DNA of 64,000 bases from an uncultured delta proteobacterium (GTDB lineage: Bacteria; Desulfobacterota; Binatia; UBA9968). The position numbers were made by a program, and so were the translations under genes. The notes beneath the pieces are model-generated. The model searched no databases, was not told the DNA's origin, and saw nothing but the letters and a program-made list of their open reading frames with translations. Where the stretch lies: NCBI GenBank assembly GCA_963727625.1, contig CAVSHR010000002.1, positions 64,001-128,000 on the forward strand, given 5' to 3'. This document shows positions 39,208 to 48,912 of the stretch, one piece after another. The first letter of the stretch is position 1. Every line of letters starts with the position of its first letter.

Positions 39208-40188
39208 CTAGCGCTTTTTATAAACCTGATCGATGAATCCTTCCTTCACCAGGCGGTCGATGATCGAATTGTCGGCGAAGGTTTCGATGGGCAGGCCTTT
39301 CTTGCCCATGAACTCGAGGATGGTGGAGACGGCCTCGGCATCAACGCGCGGGACAGCGTCGACATACTTGGCGGCGTCGCTGTAAATTTCCTCGACCGCT
39401 TTCATTTCCTTGAGGCGCGTATAGCGGGCGACCGTTTTTAGGACGCGTTCCTTCTGTTGCGGATCGCGCAGCACGGCCACCCCTTCGATATAAGCGCGCA
39501 TGATTCGTTCCAAAGTTTCCGGCGCGCGCCGGTAAAAGTCGCGGGAGACGACAAGCTGGCCCATGGAATAGTGAATGCCGGAATCGGCGAGCTCGATGAG
39601 AATTCGATGCGGCACGTCGGTGCGCAGAGTGGCGAGAACCGCGGCGTCGATCTGGCGGTGGCGAAAAGCGAGTCCGACCTCGAGCGTGCCGCCGAGCTGG
39701 CGAATATTTACGGCATTCTCCAGTCCGACCCGGCGCAGCAGGATGCGGGTCAAATTATCCGTGGTGGCGCCGAAGCGTGAAACGCCAAAAGTCTTGCCGC
39801 GCAACTCTTCGACATGGTTGATCTCGGGATGGACCCAGAGCCGGAGGTAGGGGCGGTTAGCCAGGCTTGCCACCGAGACGATGGAGGCGCCGCGGAGCAC
39901 GGCTGCGATCACGGCGTTGGCGCCGGCGATGGCGGCCTGGACGTCGCCGCCGATCAACGCCGGCACCATGACCGGGCTGGAAGAGATAAAAATCAAGCTC
40001 GGCTCGACACCGTACTTGTCGAACGCGCCGATGTCTTTGGCCACCCACAGGCCCACTGCCGTCGGGCCGGTGGTGGAGTAGCCGAAATTAAGTTTGGCTT
40101 TTTCAGCAGCATCGGTTGCGCTGACCAAAAAGATCATAGCGAGTAAAACGAGCGGCATGCGCTTGAAAAAATCTGCTTGGCACTTCAT
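39208..40188 (-). CDS. NitT/TauT-family ABC substrate-binding protein
   Basis: Signal peptide; WVAKDIGAFDKYG, LRGKTFGVSRFG, FADNSIIDRLVKEGFID. Confidence 0.88.
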   Translation of the reverse strand: MKCQADFFKRMPLVLLAMIFLVSATDAAEKAKLNFGYSTTGPTAVGLWVAKDIGAFDKYGVEPSLIFISSSPVMVPALIGGDVQAAIAGANAVIAAVLRGASIVSVASLANRPYLRLWVHPEINHVEELRGKTFGVSRFGATTDNLTRILLRRVGLENAVNIRQLGGTLEVGLAFRHRQIDAAVLATLRTDVPHRILIELADSGIHYSMGQLVVSRDFYRRAPETLERIMRAYIEGVAVLRDPQQKERVLKTVARYTRLKEMKAVEEIYSDAAKYVDAVPRVDAEAVSTILEFMGKKGLPIETFADNSIIDRLVKEGFIDQVYKKR

Positions 40189-40279
40189 TGGCCCTCCCGC
40201 GGTATTGAATCCGGCTGCGTCGTATCACGCGCTGAAGCAAACTGTCAATGTTGAGTGTTTTTAGTTCGGCGGTTCCTAA

Positions 40280-40324
40280 GCTCGAACGGAGCGTGGCGGT
40301 TGAACCGCTTGAACGATTTGAAAC
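40280..40324. repeat. 9-bp-period repeat element
   Basis: GCTCGAAC-GGAGCGTGGC-GGTTGAAC CGCTTGAAC GATTTGAAAC. Confidence 0.55.
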
Positions 40325-40343
40325 ATCGTCCGAATCGCATCGG

Positions 40344-41060
40344 TTAGCCATCCAGCTCGGGATAGTGCCGAAAGATGCCTTCCTGGTTGAAAGAAAGACG
40401 GCGCGGTGATGCCAGATACGCAGCGATTCCGGGACGGGCGGCGACGAGATCATGCAGGGCCGCGACCTTTGGATACTTCGGCTCCAGCCGCGCCATGGTG
40501 CGCGGGAAGGCGTAGCGCAATCCTTCGATCATCTGAAACAGCGAAAGATCGACATAGCAAAGTTTCTTGCCGAGAAGGTGGGCGCTGCCCTTCGGATTCG
40601 TTTTCAGCAGTCTTTCGAAATAGGCGAAGAACTTCGGCAGGCGATCGGCTGTAAATTCAGCGGCGCGCCGTTTGGCCGCCGCTTTTTGATCTTCATAATA
40701 AAGACTGCCGGCGATCGGGTGGTGCGTGTCATGCACCTCGCTAACCCAATCGGCGATGGTCAGTTGCAACTGGTGCGCCCACAGACGGGTCGGTTCGTTT
40801 TTCGGAACCAGGTTAAGACGCGGGCCGAGATAAAAAAGAATGTTGGCCGTCTGCCCGATCACGAGCGTGCCGGCTTTGAGGAACGGCGGCGCGAACGGTG
40901 GATGTTTTTCCGAGCGGCTTTCCATCATCCTCATCATCACGGCCATGCCGCCTGGGTGGCGCGCGGCATCGGCATAATCCGCTCCGGCATCTTCCAACGC
41001 AAGCCGGATAAATTCACCGCGGCCTTGGATCGACGGCCAGTAGTAAAGCTCGTAACGCAT
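40344..41060 (-). CDS. Glutathione S-transferase
   Basis: LYYWPSIQGRGEFIRL, PFAPPFL, QTANIL, YVDLSLFQ. Confidence 0.9.
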   Translation of the reverse strand: MRYELYYWPSIQGRGEFIRLALEDAGADYADAARHPGGMAVMMRMMESRSEKHPPFAPPFLKAGTLVIGQTANILFYLGPRLNLVPKNEPTRLWAHQLQLTIADWVSEVHDTHHPIAGSLYYEDQKAAAKRRAAEFTADRLPKFFAYFERLLKTNPKGSAHLLGKKLCYVDLSLFQMIEGLRYAFPRTMARLEPKYPKVAALHDLVAARPGIAAYLASPRRLSFNQEGIFRHYPELDG

Positions 41061-41179
41061 GGCGGTTCTCCGCTCAGGTCAGGCACAAGGCACTAGGCAA
41101 CAGTCACAATATCATGAGGGCACCGCGCCCTTACTCTTTACGTTAAATATTGCGCATGTTGTTTAAGTCACAATGCTCG

Positions 41180-41460
41180 CTATTTATGAATTAGCCGGGC
41201 AAATTTCCCCCCCGGTTCGCGCCAGTTCTTGATGATATCCTCGCCGTAGAAGCGGACCTTCTCGAATTCCTCCGGCGTCATAACGTCTTTGGCCGCCGAA
41301 GAATCGATCTTGGCCAACCACTTGGTGTCGATGTCGAGCCGCCTACTGCCTCGGGTGAGCGCATGGCTGTATAAGGTTTGGCCTTCGTTGCCGAGCAGCC
41401 AATTAATGTAAACCTTCGCGGCGTTCGATTGAGGAGCGTTCTTGATCACCGCCCTTGTGC
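41180..41460 (-). pseudogene. C-terminal remnant of an Fe/thiamine-type ABC SBP
   Basis: AVIKNAPQSNAAKVYINWLLGNEGQ matches APHPNAAKLFVNWFLSKEGQ of the SBP at 62488; no 5' part. Confidence 0.7.
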
Positions 41461-41489
41461 CAGCACCGATTAAAAAATCCATTTTACAC

Positions 41490-43169
41490 TCATTTTTGCG
41501 CCCTAGCTTTGCGCCGGCCGATGGCCGCTTCGGCGCGCGGGCTGATCGCGCGTTCCACGGCGATGTTCAAAAGCGCCGGCTTGCCGGACGCGAGGGCCCG
41601 CTCAAGCGCGGGTCTGAGGTCCGCAGGCCGCTCGACAAATTCGCCGTGGCCGCCGAGGCCCTGCACCATTTGGTCGTAGCGAGTCTGCAGCAAGTCCGTT
41701 GCGACCGGTCGGCCGTAGAGGCCGAGCTGGATCTGCCGGTCGATGCCCCAGGCCGAATCGTTGCCGAGCAGCGCGACGATGTCGAGCTTGTGCCGCACCG
41801 CGGTGTCGAATTCCATGCCGTTGAAACCGAAGGCGCCGTCGCCGGTAAGCAGGAAAACGCGGGAGTCGGGGTAGGCAATTTTCGCTGCCAGCGCTGTAGG
41901 CAATGATGAACCCAACATCCCCAGGCTGGATACGTTGAACCATCTTTTCGGCGTGAGCGCGGGAAGGGTGGCTCGGCCGAAGTGGCAAAAATCGCCGCCG
42001 TCAAACACCAGGCAATCGTCGGGGCGCAGCATGGACTTGAGCGTGTTGTGGACGAACAGGGCGTGCATCGGCACCTTCGGTTGCGCTAATTTGTCCGCCC
42101 ACTCGGCTTGAGCAGCCTTGGCAGCGCGCAATTCATCCAACCAGGGGAGATCCTGCCACCGGTGATTCGCCGCTTCTTCGGTCAGCTGTTTCAAGATACT
42201 GGAGACGTCGCCGACCAGGCCGACGTCGACGCCGCGGTTGCGGCCGATTTCCAATGGCGAAGGATCGACTTGAATGATCTTGGCGCCGGCGGCGACGTGA
42301 GGCGGACGGCAGAAACCGATCGTGAAATCCTGCTTGCGGCCGAGCAGCAGGATCACGTCGGCGTCGCGCACTTTGGTCGCGGCGCGATTCAAACCGCGCT
42401 CGAAATAGCCGAAGGCGTAGGGGTGATCGTCGGCGATCAAGCCACGCGACTGTTCTTCCGTGACGATCGGCAGACGCGTGGTTTCGACGAAGCTCTGCAT
42501 TGCTTGGCCCGACAGCGTGTAGCCGGCGGCGCTGCCGGCGATGACCAGCGGTTTTTGCGCGCGGTGCAATATCGCGATTGCCCGACGCACCTGTTCGGGG
42601 TCGCCGAGTTGTTTTGCTCTGGGCCGGTAGGCGTCGGCTTCGGTAAACACGACGTCGTCTTCCTCGACGCTGCGCTCCTGGACGTCGACGGGAATCGTCA
42701 GATGCACCGGGCCGCGCCGCCCGCTGAATGCCAAGCGCATGGCGCGCGCCACGAACTCGGGGATTCTTTTGACGTCGTCGACCATGAATGACCCCTTGCA
42801 CATGGGCCCGGCCATGCCGACTTGATCGATTTCTTGTTGGCCGCCGCGTCCGAGGTCGTGGGTGTCGGCGCAGCCGGCGATCGAAATGACCGGACCTTCG
42901 GTGTGCATCGCGTTGGTGAGGCCGGGAATGGCGTTGGCGAATCCCGGCGTGGTGTACATGCATACGCCGGGCTGCTCGGTCATGCGCCCCCAGGCATCGG
43001 CCATGTGAACGGCGGCTTGTTCATGGCGGGTATCGATGATGCGGAAGTCCTGGTCCGCCATCACATCCAAAATCGGCAGGATATGATCGCCGGCCAGCGC
43101 AAAGATATTCTTTACGCCTTCGAGCTTGAGCGCTTTGCAGACGAGGTGACTGCCGGTGACTTTCGCCAT
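41490..43169 (-). CDS. ThDP-dependent enzyme, 2-hydroxyacyl-CoA lyase / IlvB-like
   Basis: DTRHEQAAVHMADAW, GRRGPVHL, GDGAFGFNGMEFDTAVRH...GNDSAWG. Confidence 0.9.
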   Translation of the reverse strand: MAKVTGSHLVCKALKLEGVKNIFALAGDHILPILDVMADQDFRIIDTRHEQAAVHMADAWGRMTEQPGVCMYTTPGFANAIPGLTNAMHTEGPVISIAGCADTHDLGRGGQQEIDQVGMAGPMCKGSFMVDDVKRIPEFVARAMRLAFSGRRGPVHLTIPVDVQERSVEEDDVVFTEADAYRPRAKQLGDPEQVRRAIAILHRAQKPLVIAGSAAGYTLSGQAMQSFVETTRLPIVTEEQSRGLIADDHPYAFGYFERGLNRAATKVRDADVILLLGRKQDFTIGFCRPPHVAAGAKIIQVDPSPLEIGRNRGVDVGLVGDVSSILKQLTEEAANHRWQDLPWLDELRAAKAAQAEWADKLAQPKVPMHALFVHNTLKSMLRPDDCLVFDGGDFCHFGRATLPALTPKRWFNVSSLGMLGSSLPTALAAKIAYPDSRVFLLTGDGAFGFNGMEFDTAVRHKLDIVALLGNDSAWGIDRQIQLGLYGRPVATDLLQTRYDQMVQGLGGHGEFVERPADLRPALERALASGKPALLNIAVERAISPRAEAAIGRRKARAQK

Positions 43170-43532
43170 GGGACCTCCGTTAGTTTGCAACCATCGCGGT
43201 TCGCGATTTCTCTACGGGAACTTTCGTTTAATACAGCTTAGCCGTGGTCGTCAACGGTGCCGCCCGGATCGGCGCCGAAGTAATCAATTCACAATCTTTC
43301 GACGGCGTCCATCTGGTTCGATGTACCGCGGCACTAAACTAGCGCGGCATGCCTCGATCAGCAATCGCCATTCGCTTGACAGGATGAGACGCGAGACAGT
43401 ATGGGGGAGAAAAAATAACGTACCCAGCATCGAGCATCGGACCGCTGCACGAGTGAATACTATCTTTTTTCACATTAACCAGCGTTGCATGTCGACTCGG
43501 CTATGGCATTGCTGGGGTAGGATGAAATCCAC

Positions 43533-44930
43533 ATGATCAATTCGCGCGCGCGATACGACGTCCTCGTTGCCGGCGGCGGCAACGCGGGGCTCTGCGCTGC
43601 GATTACGGCGCGCCGCGCCGGCGCCAGTGTGCTCTTGCTCGAAGGCGCGCCGAGGGAATGCCGCGCCGGCAACAGCCGCCACACGCGCGACATTCGCTAC
43701 ATGCACAAAGCCGCCACGGATTACGTCACCGGTGCGTATCGGGAGGAAGAGTTTTGGGAGGATCTGCGGCAAGTCACCGGCGGAAAAACCAACGAATCAC
43801 TCGCGCGGCTAACGATTCGGGAATCCGAAGAGCTGAGCGACTGGATGCCGGCCAACGGCGTGCGCTGGCAGAAGCCGCTCCGCGGCACGCTGCATTTGGC
43901 GCGGACCAATTTATTCATGCTCGGCGGCGGCAAGGCGATGACCAATGCCTACTATGACACCGCGTCCCGGCTCGGAGTGGAGATTGGCTACGATTTCGAA
44001 GTTCGCGAGCTCAAGATTCACGACGGTGAATTTCACTCGGCGAGCGTGTTCTATCAGGGTGCATCGCGAGAGATAGCCGCCGGCGCGATCGTGGTCGCGT
44101 CCGGCGGATTCGAGGCCAATATTGCCTGGCTGAAGGAATATTGGGGTGACGCCGCCGAGAATTTCATCATCCGCGGCACCAAGCACAACCAGGGAATTCT
44201 TTTGAAACAGCTGCTTGAGCATGGCGCCCAACCGATCGGCGATCCGCGCGGCTGCCACGCGGTGGCGCTCGACGCGCGCGCGCCGAAGTTCGACGGCGGC
44301 ATCGTCACGCGCCTCGACAGCCCGCCGTTCGGCATCGTCGTCAATAAAAACCTCGAGCGCTTCTACGACGAAGGCGAAGACTTCTGGCCGAAACGCTATG
44401 CGATCTGGGGAAGGCTCATCGCCGAGCAGCCGGACCAGATCGCCTACTCGATCGTCGATGCCAAAGCGTTGCCGCATTTCATGCCGTCGGTCTTCCCGCC
44501 GTTCGAAGCAGACTCGATTGCCGAGCTCGCAAACGCCCTCGGTCTCGATCCGGCGCGGCTAACGTCAGCGGTTGATCAGTTCAACGACGCGGTCAGGCCG
44601 GGTGAATTCGATCCGGCTATTTTGGACGACTGTCGCACCGAGGGCATGGTCCCGCCGAAGAGCCATTGGGCGCGAGCCATCGACACGCCGCCGTTCTACG
44701 GCTATCCGCTCCGTCCGGGCATTACGTTCACTTATCTCGGCGTTGCGGTGGACGAGCGGGCGCGCGTCGTCATGCTCGACGGCAAGCCGGCGCGAAACAT
44801 TTTTGCCGCCGGGGAAATCATGGCGGGAAATATTCTCGGCCGGGGTTACCTCGCGGGATTCGGTTTAACCATCGGTTCGGTTTTCGGCCGAATTGCCGGG
44901 CGGGAGGCGGCGCGCCATGCCGGAATTTGA
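43533..44930 (+). CDS. tcuA: FAD-dependent tricarballylate dehydrogenase
   Basis: [62 protein letters not shown]. Confidence 0.92.
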   Translation: MINSRARYDVLVAGGGNAGLCAAITARRAGASVLLLEGAPRECRAGNSRHTRDIRYMHKAATDYVTGAYREEEFWEDLRQVTGGKTNESLARLTIRESEELSDWMPANGVRWQKPLRGTLHLARTNLFMLGGGKAMTNAYYDTASRLGVEIGYDFEVRELKIHDGEFHSASVFYQGASREIAAGAIVVASGGFEANIAWLKEYWGDAAENFIIRGTKHNQGILLKQLLEHGAQPIGDPRGCHAVALDARAPKFDGGIVTRLDSPPFGIVVNKNLERFYDEGEDFWPKRYAIWGRLIAEQPDQIAYSIVDAKALPHFMPSVFPPFEADSIAELANALGLDPARLTSAVDQFNDAVRPGEFDPAILDDCRTEGMVPPKSHWARAIDTPPFYGYPLRPGITFTYLGVAVDERARVVMLDGKPARNIFAAGEIMAGNILGRGYLAGFGLTIGSVFGRIAGREAARHAGI

Positions 44931-46030
44931 TCTATTCAAGGACGGCGAGCGCCAGATGCGAATCTGCAACGCCTGCCGCTATTGCGAGGGCTACTGCGCG
45001 GTTTTCCCGGCGATGGAGCAGCGCCGGACGTTTTACCAAAGCCGATCTCACTTATCTTGCCAATCTCTGCTTCGACTGCCGCGACTGCTATTACGCCTGC
45101 CAGTATGCGCCGCCGCATGAATTCGGCGTCAATATTCCCAAGCTGATGTCCGGGCTGCGTGCCGATACCTACCGCGAATTTACCTGGCCGGCGATTCTGT
45201 CGGGCTTGTTCAAACGCAACGCATTAGCGGTCAGCGTGATCACGGCGGCGTCGATTGTCGTGATTCTCGCTCTTGTCCTCGCGTTTAGCGGCGCTGATGT
45301 TTTATTCGCTACACATCTCGGAGAAGGAACGTTTTACCGAATCGTGCCATTCGTCGCGATGACCGTGCCGCCATCGCTGATCGCAATGTATGGTTTCATG
45401 GTCTTCTTCCTCGGCGCGCTCCGCTTCTGGCGGGAAACCGGCGGGCCGATCTCTGAACTGGTGGATGCGACCGCACTGTGGCGCGCGACCAAAGACGCTT
45501 TCGGCCTCGCCTACATGAAAGGCGGCGGTGCCGGCTGCAACTATCCCGGCGAGAGCTTTTCGCGCTCGCGGATGTGGTATCACCATTTAACTTTCTACGG
45601 ATTTCTCCTCGACTTTGCCGCTACGACGGTCGCGGCCTTTTACAATCACTTTTTAAATTGGCAGGCGCCTTATCCTTATTTGAGTGCGCCGGTGGTGCTC
45701 GGCACCGTCGGCGGTATTGCTCTGATGATTGGGACCGTCGGTTTGCTCTCCTTGAAGTGGAGAAGCGACCGCACGCCGGCCGACGCGACTATGCTGAATA
45801 TGGACGTAGCCTTTCTGGCGATGCTGTTTCTGACCAGCTCCACCGGCCTCGCGCTGCTCGCGTTTCGCGAAACCGCCGCGATGGGCACGCTGCTGGTCAT
45901 TCACCTCGGCTTCGTCGCCGGATTATTTATCACGGCGCCCTACGGCAAGTTCGCCCACGTGGTCTACCGTTACGCCGCGCTGGTCCGCTACGCGATCGAG
46001 CAAAGGCAGGCGGATGAACACGCTTCATAA
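44917..46030 (+). CDS. tcuB: Tricarballylate utilisation 4Fe-4S membrane protein with one +1 frameshift
   Basis: [18 protein letters not shown], extra T in TTTT 45031-45034, then [23 protein letters not shown]...PYGKFAH. Confidence 0.88.
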
Positions 46031-46212
46031 AGCACATGCGGTGAGTGCCTCGAAGTTGAACTGAGTCCGTAGAGCGGTCAACAGTCCGGCCGAATTAGGC
46101 CGCGGTCCGTTAGGGAAATAGGCCGCCGGCCCGGTCGGCCTATGCCGGAAACCCCAATGTTGACAAAGCTCGGTTAGCTGATGGATATTGCGACCGAATT
46201 CACGTTTTATCG

Positions 46213-46283
46213 TTCGAGCCGTCACCGGGATAGGCCGACCGGCAATTGTCGGCGGCTACGGCGGCTCATTTAATACGTTAGGC
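46213..46283 (+). mobile_element. Partial integron attC site (L boxes and R' present, R'' absent)
   Basis: TTCGAGCCG...CGGCTCATTTAATAC-GTTAGGC. Confidence 0.5.
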
Positions 46284-46298
46284 TGTAGGAGATGTGGG

Positions 46299-47294
46299 AT
46301 GAACGGGAAAATCGTTACGCTTAGCGTCATCTTCGCCCTGGGGTTCTTCTCGGTGCGCGTTTCCTCCGAGGCGCAGCAGGCGAAGAAAATTCCTCGGCTA
46401 GGGTTCATATCCTCCTTTGGCAGTCCTAAAGATCCATGGCCGTTCTTCGAGTCATTCCGGCTAGGACTCCGCGAGCTAGGTTATATTGAAGGTCAAAATG
46501 TACTGATTGAAAACCGATATCCCGAGGGCAGGCGGGATCGAATGGCTGCGCTCGTAGATGAACTTGTTCAACTAAAAGTCGACGTGATTGTCGCGGCCAA
46601 TAATACGGTTATTCGTGCCGCTCAGAAAGCAACCAAGACGATTCCAATTGTGATGGTGAGTTCCATCGATCCTGTTGCCGCCGGGTATGTGACCAGCCTT
46701 GCACGTCCAGGTGCAAATATCACGGGTCTTTCTCCTCTCATTCGCGACTTAAGCGCGAAACGCATGGAGCTACTTAAAGAACTACTACCCAATCTGTCGC
46801 GAGTCGGTGTTCTCTGGGACGCGGACGGCCCGGGGCCAGCAATCGCTTTTAAAGAGTACACCGCAGCGGCGCAGGCTTTTAAACTAGATCTCCAATCCCT
46901 TGAGGTGCGCGGTCCCAGACCCGATCTTAAGGGCGCATTCCAGGCTGCAAGAAAGAGGCGCGTGGACGCGCTCATCATCGTTATCAACCCGCTGATCGGC
47001 CAGCATCAAAAAGAAGTCCTCGAACTCACTAAAAAAAACCGCCTCCCTTCATTGACTGAAAATAGTCAGCTTGTAGACGCCGGTGGTCTTTTGTCCTATG
47101 CAGCAAACTATTCTGATATGTACCGTCGCGCCGCCACTTACGTAGACAAGATTCTGAAAGGAGTGAAACCTGCTGATCTGCCGGTCGAGCAGCCGACAAA
47201 ATTTGAGCTGGTGATCAATCTCAAGACAGCCAAGGAGATCGGCCTCACGATTCCGCCGAACGTGCTGGTGCGGGCGGACCGAGTTATCAAATGA
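46299..47294 (+). CDS. ABC substrate-binding protein (ABC_sub_bind / COG2984 type), apparent gene cassette
   Basis: AGGAG RBS 4 nt after GTTAGGC; GLRELGYIEGQN, SLARPGANITG, LPVEQPTKFELVINLKTAK. Confidence 0.9.
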   Translation: MNGKIVTLSVIFALGFFSVRVSSEAQQAKKIPRLGFISSFGSPKDPWPFFESFRLGLRELGYIEGQNVLIENRYPEGRRDRMAALVDELVQLKVDVIVAANNTVIRAAQKATKTIPIVMVSSIDPVAAGYVTSLARPGANITGLSPLIRDLSAKRMELLKELLPNLSRVGVLWDADGPGPAIAFKEYTAAAQAFKLDLQSLEVRGPRPDLKGAFQAARKRRVDALIIVINPLIGQHQKEVLELTKKNRLPSLTENSQLVDAGGLLSYAANYSDMYRRAATYVDKILKGVKPADLPVEQPTKFELVINLKTAKEIGLTIPPNVLVRADRVIK

Positions 47295-47335
47295 TGATGG
47301 AAAAAGGCAGATCAAGCCCAATTGTTGACACCGTT

Positions 47336-47393
47336 GCCTAACCCTCGACTTGAGACCGACGCCAAAGGCGCGGCTCAGCCTGACACGTTACGC
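47336..47393 (+). mobile_element. Integron attC site, 58 bp
   Basis: GCCTAAC-CCTCGACT-TGAGACCG-ACGCCAAAGGCG-CGGCTCA-GCCTGACAC-GTTACGC. Confidence 0.72.
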
Positions 47394-47454
47394 GGCAGGA
47401 TACACCGCGATAGGGATTGCATTTCGTAAGTAGTCCAACCGAAGGAAATCGCTA

Positions 47455-48243
47455 ATGGCCGATCAATCAATCCGCTTCGACGACGGCGCTGCCTACGAAA
47501 GATTCATGGGAAAGTGGAGCCAGCTAGCAGGTGAAACGTTTCTCGACTGGCTAGCGCCACAGCCAGGATTACGGTGGCTCGACGTTGGCTGCGGCAACGG
47601 CGCTTTTACCGAAATGCTCGTCGGGCGCTGTGCACCAGTCTCTGTGCAAGGAATAGACCCGTCTGAGGCGCAGCTCGCCTTTGCTCGCACACGACCCGCG
47701 TCGCGTGTGGCGCAATTTCATCAGGGCGATGCAATGTCGCCGCCTTTCCCCGACGACACTTTCGACGCAGCTGTCATGCCACTGGTGATCTTCTTCGTTC
47801 CCGACCCAGCCAAAGGCGTTGCCGAAATGGTGCGGGTGGTCTGCCCAGGCGGCACAGTCGCAGCCTATGCGTGGGACATGTTTGGCGGTGGATTTCCTTA
47901 CGAGGCATTGCAGGCTGAAATGCGCGCGTTGGGTATTACAGTTCCGCTACCGCCAAGCTGTGGCGTGTCACGAATAGACGCCATGCGGGATTTGTGGACC
48001 AATGTCGGGTTGCACGCGGTCGAAACGCGGGAGATCACTGTGCAACGAACGTTCGCCGACGTCGACGACTACTGGACGACCATCCTCATGGGGCCAAACG
48101 TCGGCCCCAAGGCCGCAGCAATGGCGTCCGAGGATCTTGCGCTTCTCAAGGCTCGGGTGCGCGAGCGCTTGCCGGTAGATGCCATGGGGCGCATCACCTA
48201 TAGTGCCCGGGCTAACGCGGTAAAGGGTCGAGTATCCAAGTAA
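47455..48243 (+). CDS. Class I SAM-dependent methyltransferase, apparent gene cassette
   Basis: YERFMGKWS, WLDVGCGNG, GIDPS, FDAAV, PGGTVAAYAWD. Confidence 0.9.
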   Translation: MADQSIRFDDGAAYERFMGKWSQLAGETFLDWLAPQPGLRWLDVGCGNGAFTEMLVGRCAPVSVQGIDPSEAQLAFARTRPASRVAQFHQGDAMSPPFPDDTFDAAVMPLVIFFVPDPAKGVAEMVRVVCPGGTVAAYAWDMFGGGFPYEALQAEMRALGITVPLPPSCGVSRIDAMRDLWTNVGLHAVETREITVQRTFADVDDYWTTILMGPNVGPKAAAMASEDLALLKARVRERLPVDAMGRITYSARANAVKGRVSK

Positions 48244-48332
48244 TGTGAAGGATGAATCTCTGTATGGCTCTAGGAACGTCGGATTACTTGGGAGCGTTTT
48301 GAATTGCTGTAAAGTCGTAGTAATCCAATGCC

Positions 48333-48390
48333 CCATAACAACGCGTCGCAGAAGACCGCCACCGGCGGCGGCTGAACGCCATCGTTAATA
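48333..48390 (+). mobile_element. Degenerate integron attC site, 58 bp
   Basis: CCATAAC-AACGCGT-CGCAGAAG-ACCGCCACCGGCGG-CGGCTGAACGCCATC-GTTAATA. Confidence 0.58.
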
Positions 48391-48521
48391 CAACATCGCC
48401 CCATTTTCAGCTCTCGATCCTTAACCGGCTGTCTCTATCCGCCCTTCGATTAAGCCCATAGGCGCTGCTTCACATACACGGTTAACTAGAACCAAAATGT
48501 TAGGCCTGGAATCGGTACAGC

Positions 48522-48885
48522 CTACAAGTGTTTTCCACGGTCCACATCAGCCTCAATGGTCTTTAGCAAACTGTTGTCGTAGAGCGATTTCAACTCGACT
48601 TTCGGCAGCGGCGGGCCCTGTGCTTGCATGGCATCCAACGTAGCGCGCAGCGAGGCTTCGTCGATGTACGGCATGCGCGGCAGGTCGGGGACTAAATCAT
48701 CGTAAAATCTATTGAGCACGTCGGGATCGCGCTGGCGTGTGTCTTTGGCGATCACCTTCATCGTGACTTCCCGTTGACTCTTGACGTAGGCGAGGGCTTC
48801 GACGTAGCCGCGCAGGAAGGCGTCGACAATCTCTCGCTTCTCGCGCAGGAAGCGCTTCGGCGTCGCAGTCACGGTGATCAGCTCG
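48522..48885 (-). pseudogene. C-terminal remnant of a NitT/TauT ABC SBP
   Basis: TPKRFLREKREIVDAFLRGYVEALAY...PYIDEASL...LYDNSLLKTIE; lysR occupies the position of the 5' part. Confidence 0.75.
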
Positions 48886-48912
48886 CGGATGGTCGATCGC
48901 AATCCAAGCCGG

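Noticed and set aside
41081-41103. Heptamer repeat AGGCACA AGGCACT AGGCAAC, and CACGAN hexamers at about 56049-56073
   Set aside because: Only three or four degenerate units each, so no function can be supported.
44666-46030. 454-aa ORF as a TcuB with a novel N-terminus, and 48522-49370 as a LysR-overlapping gene
   Set aside because: Both N-terminal parts are out-of-frame read-through of neighbouring genes; the real coding parts are the frameshifted tcuB and the SBP remnant.
46076-46115. GTCAAC...GTTAGGG as a further attC site
   Set aside because: About 40 bp, shorter than known attC sites, with no clear inner boxes; at most a deleted relic.
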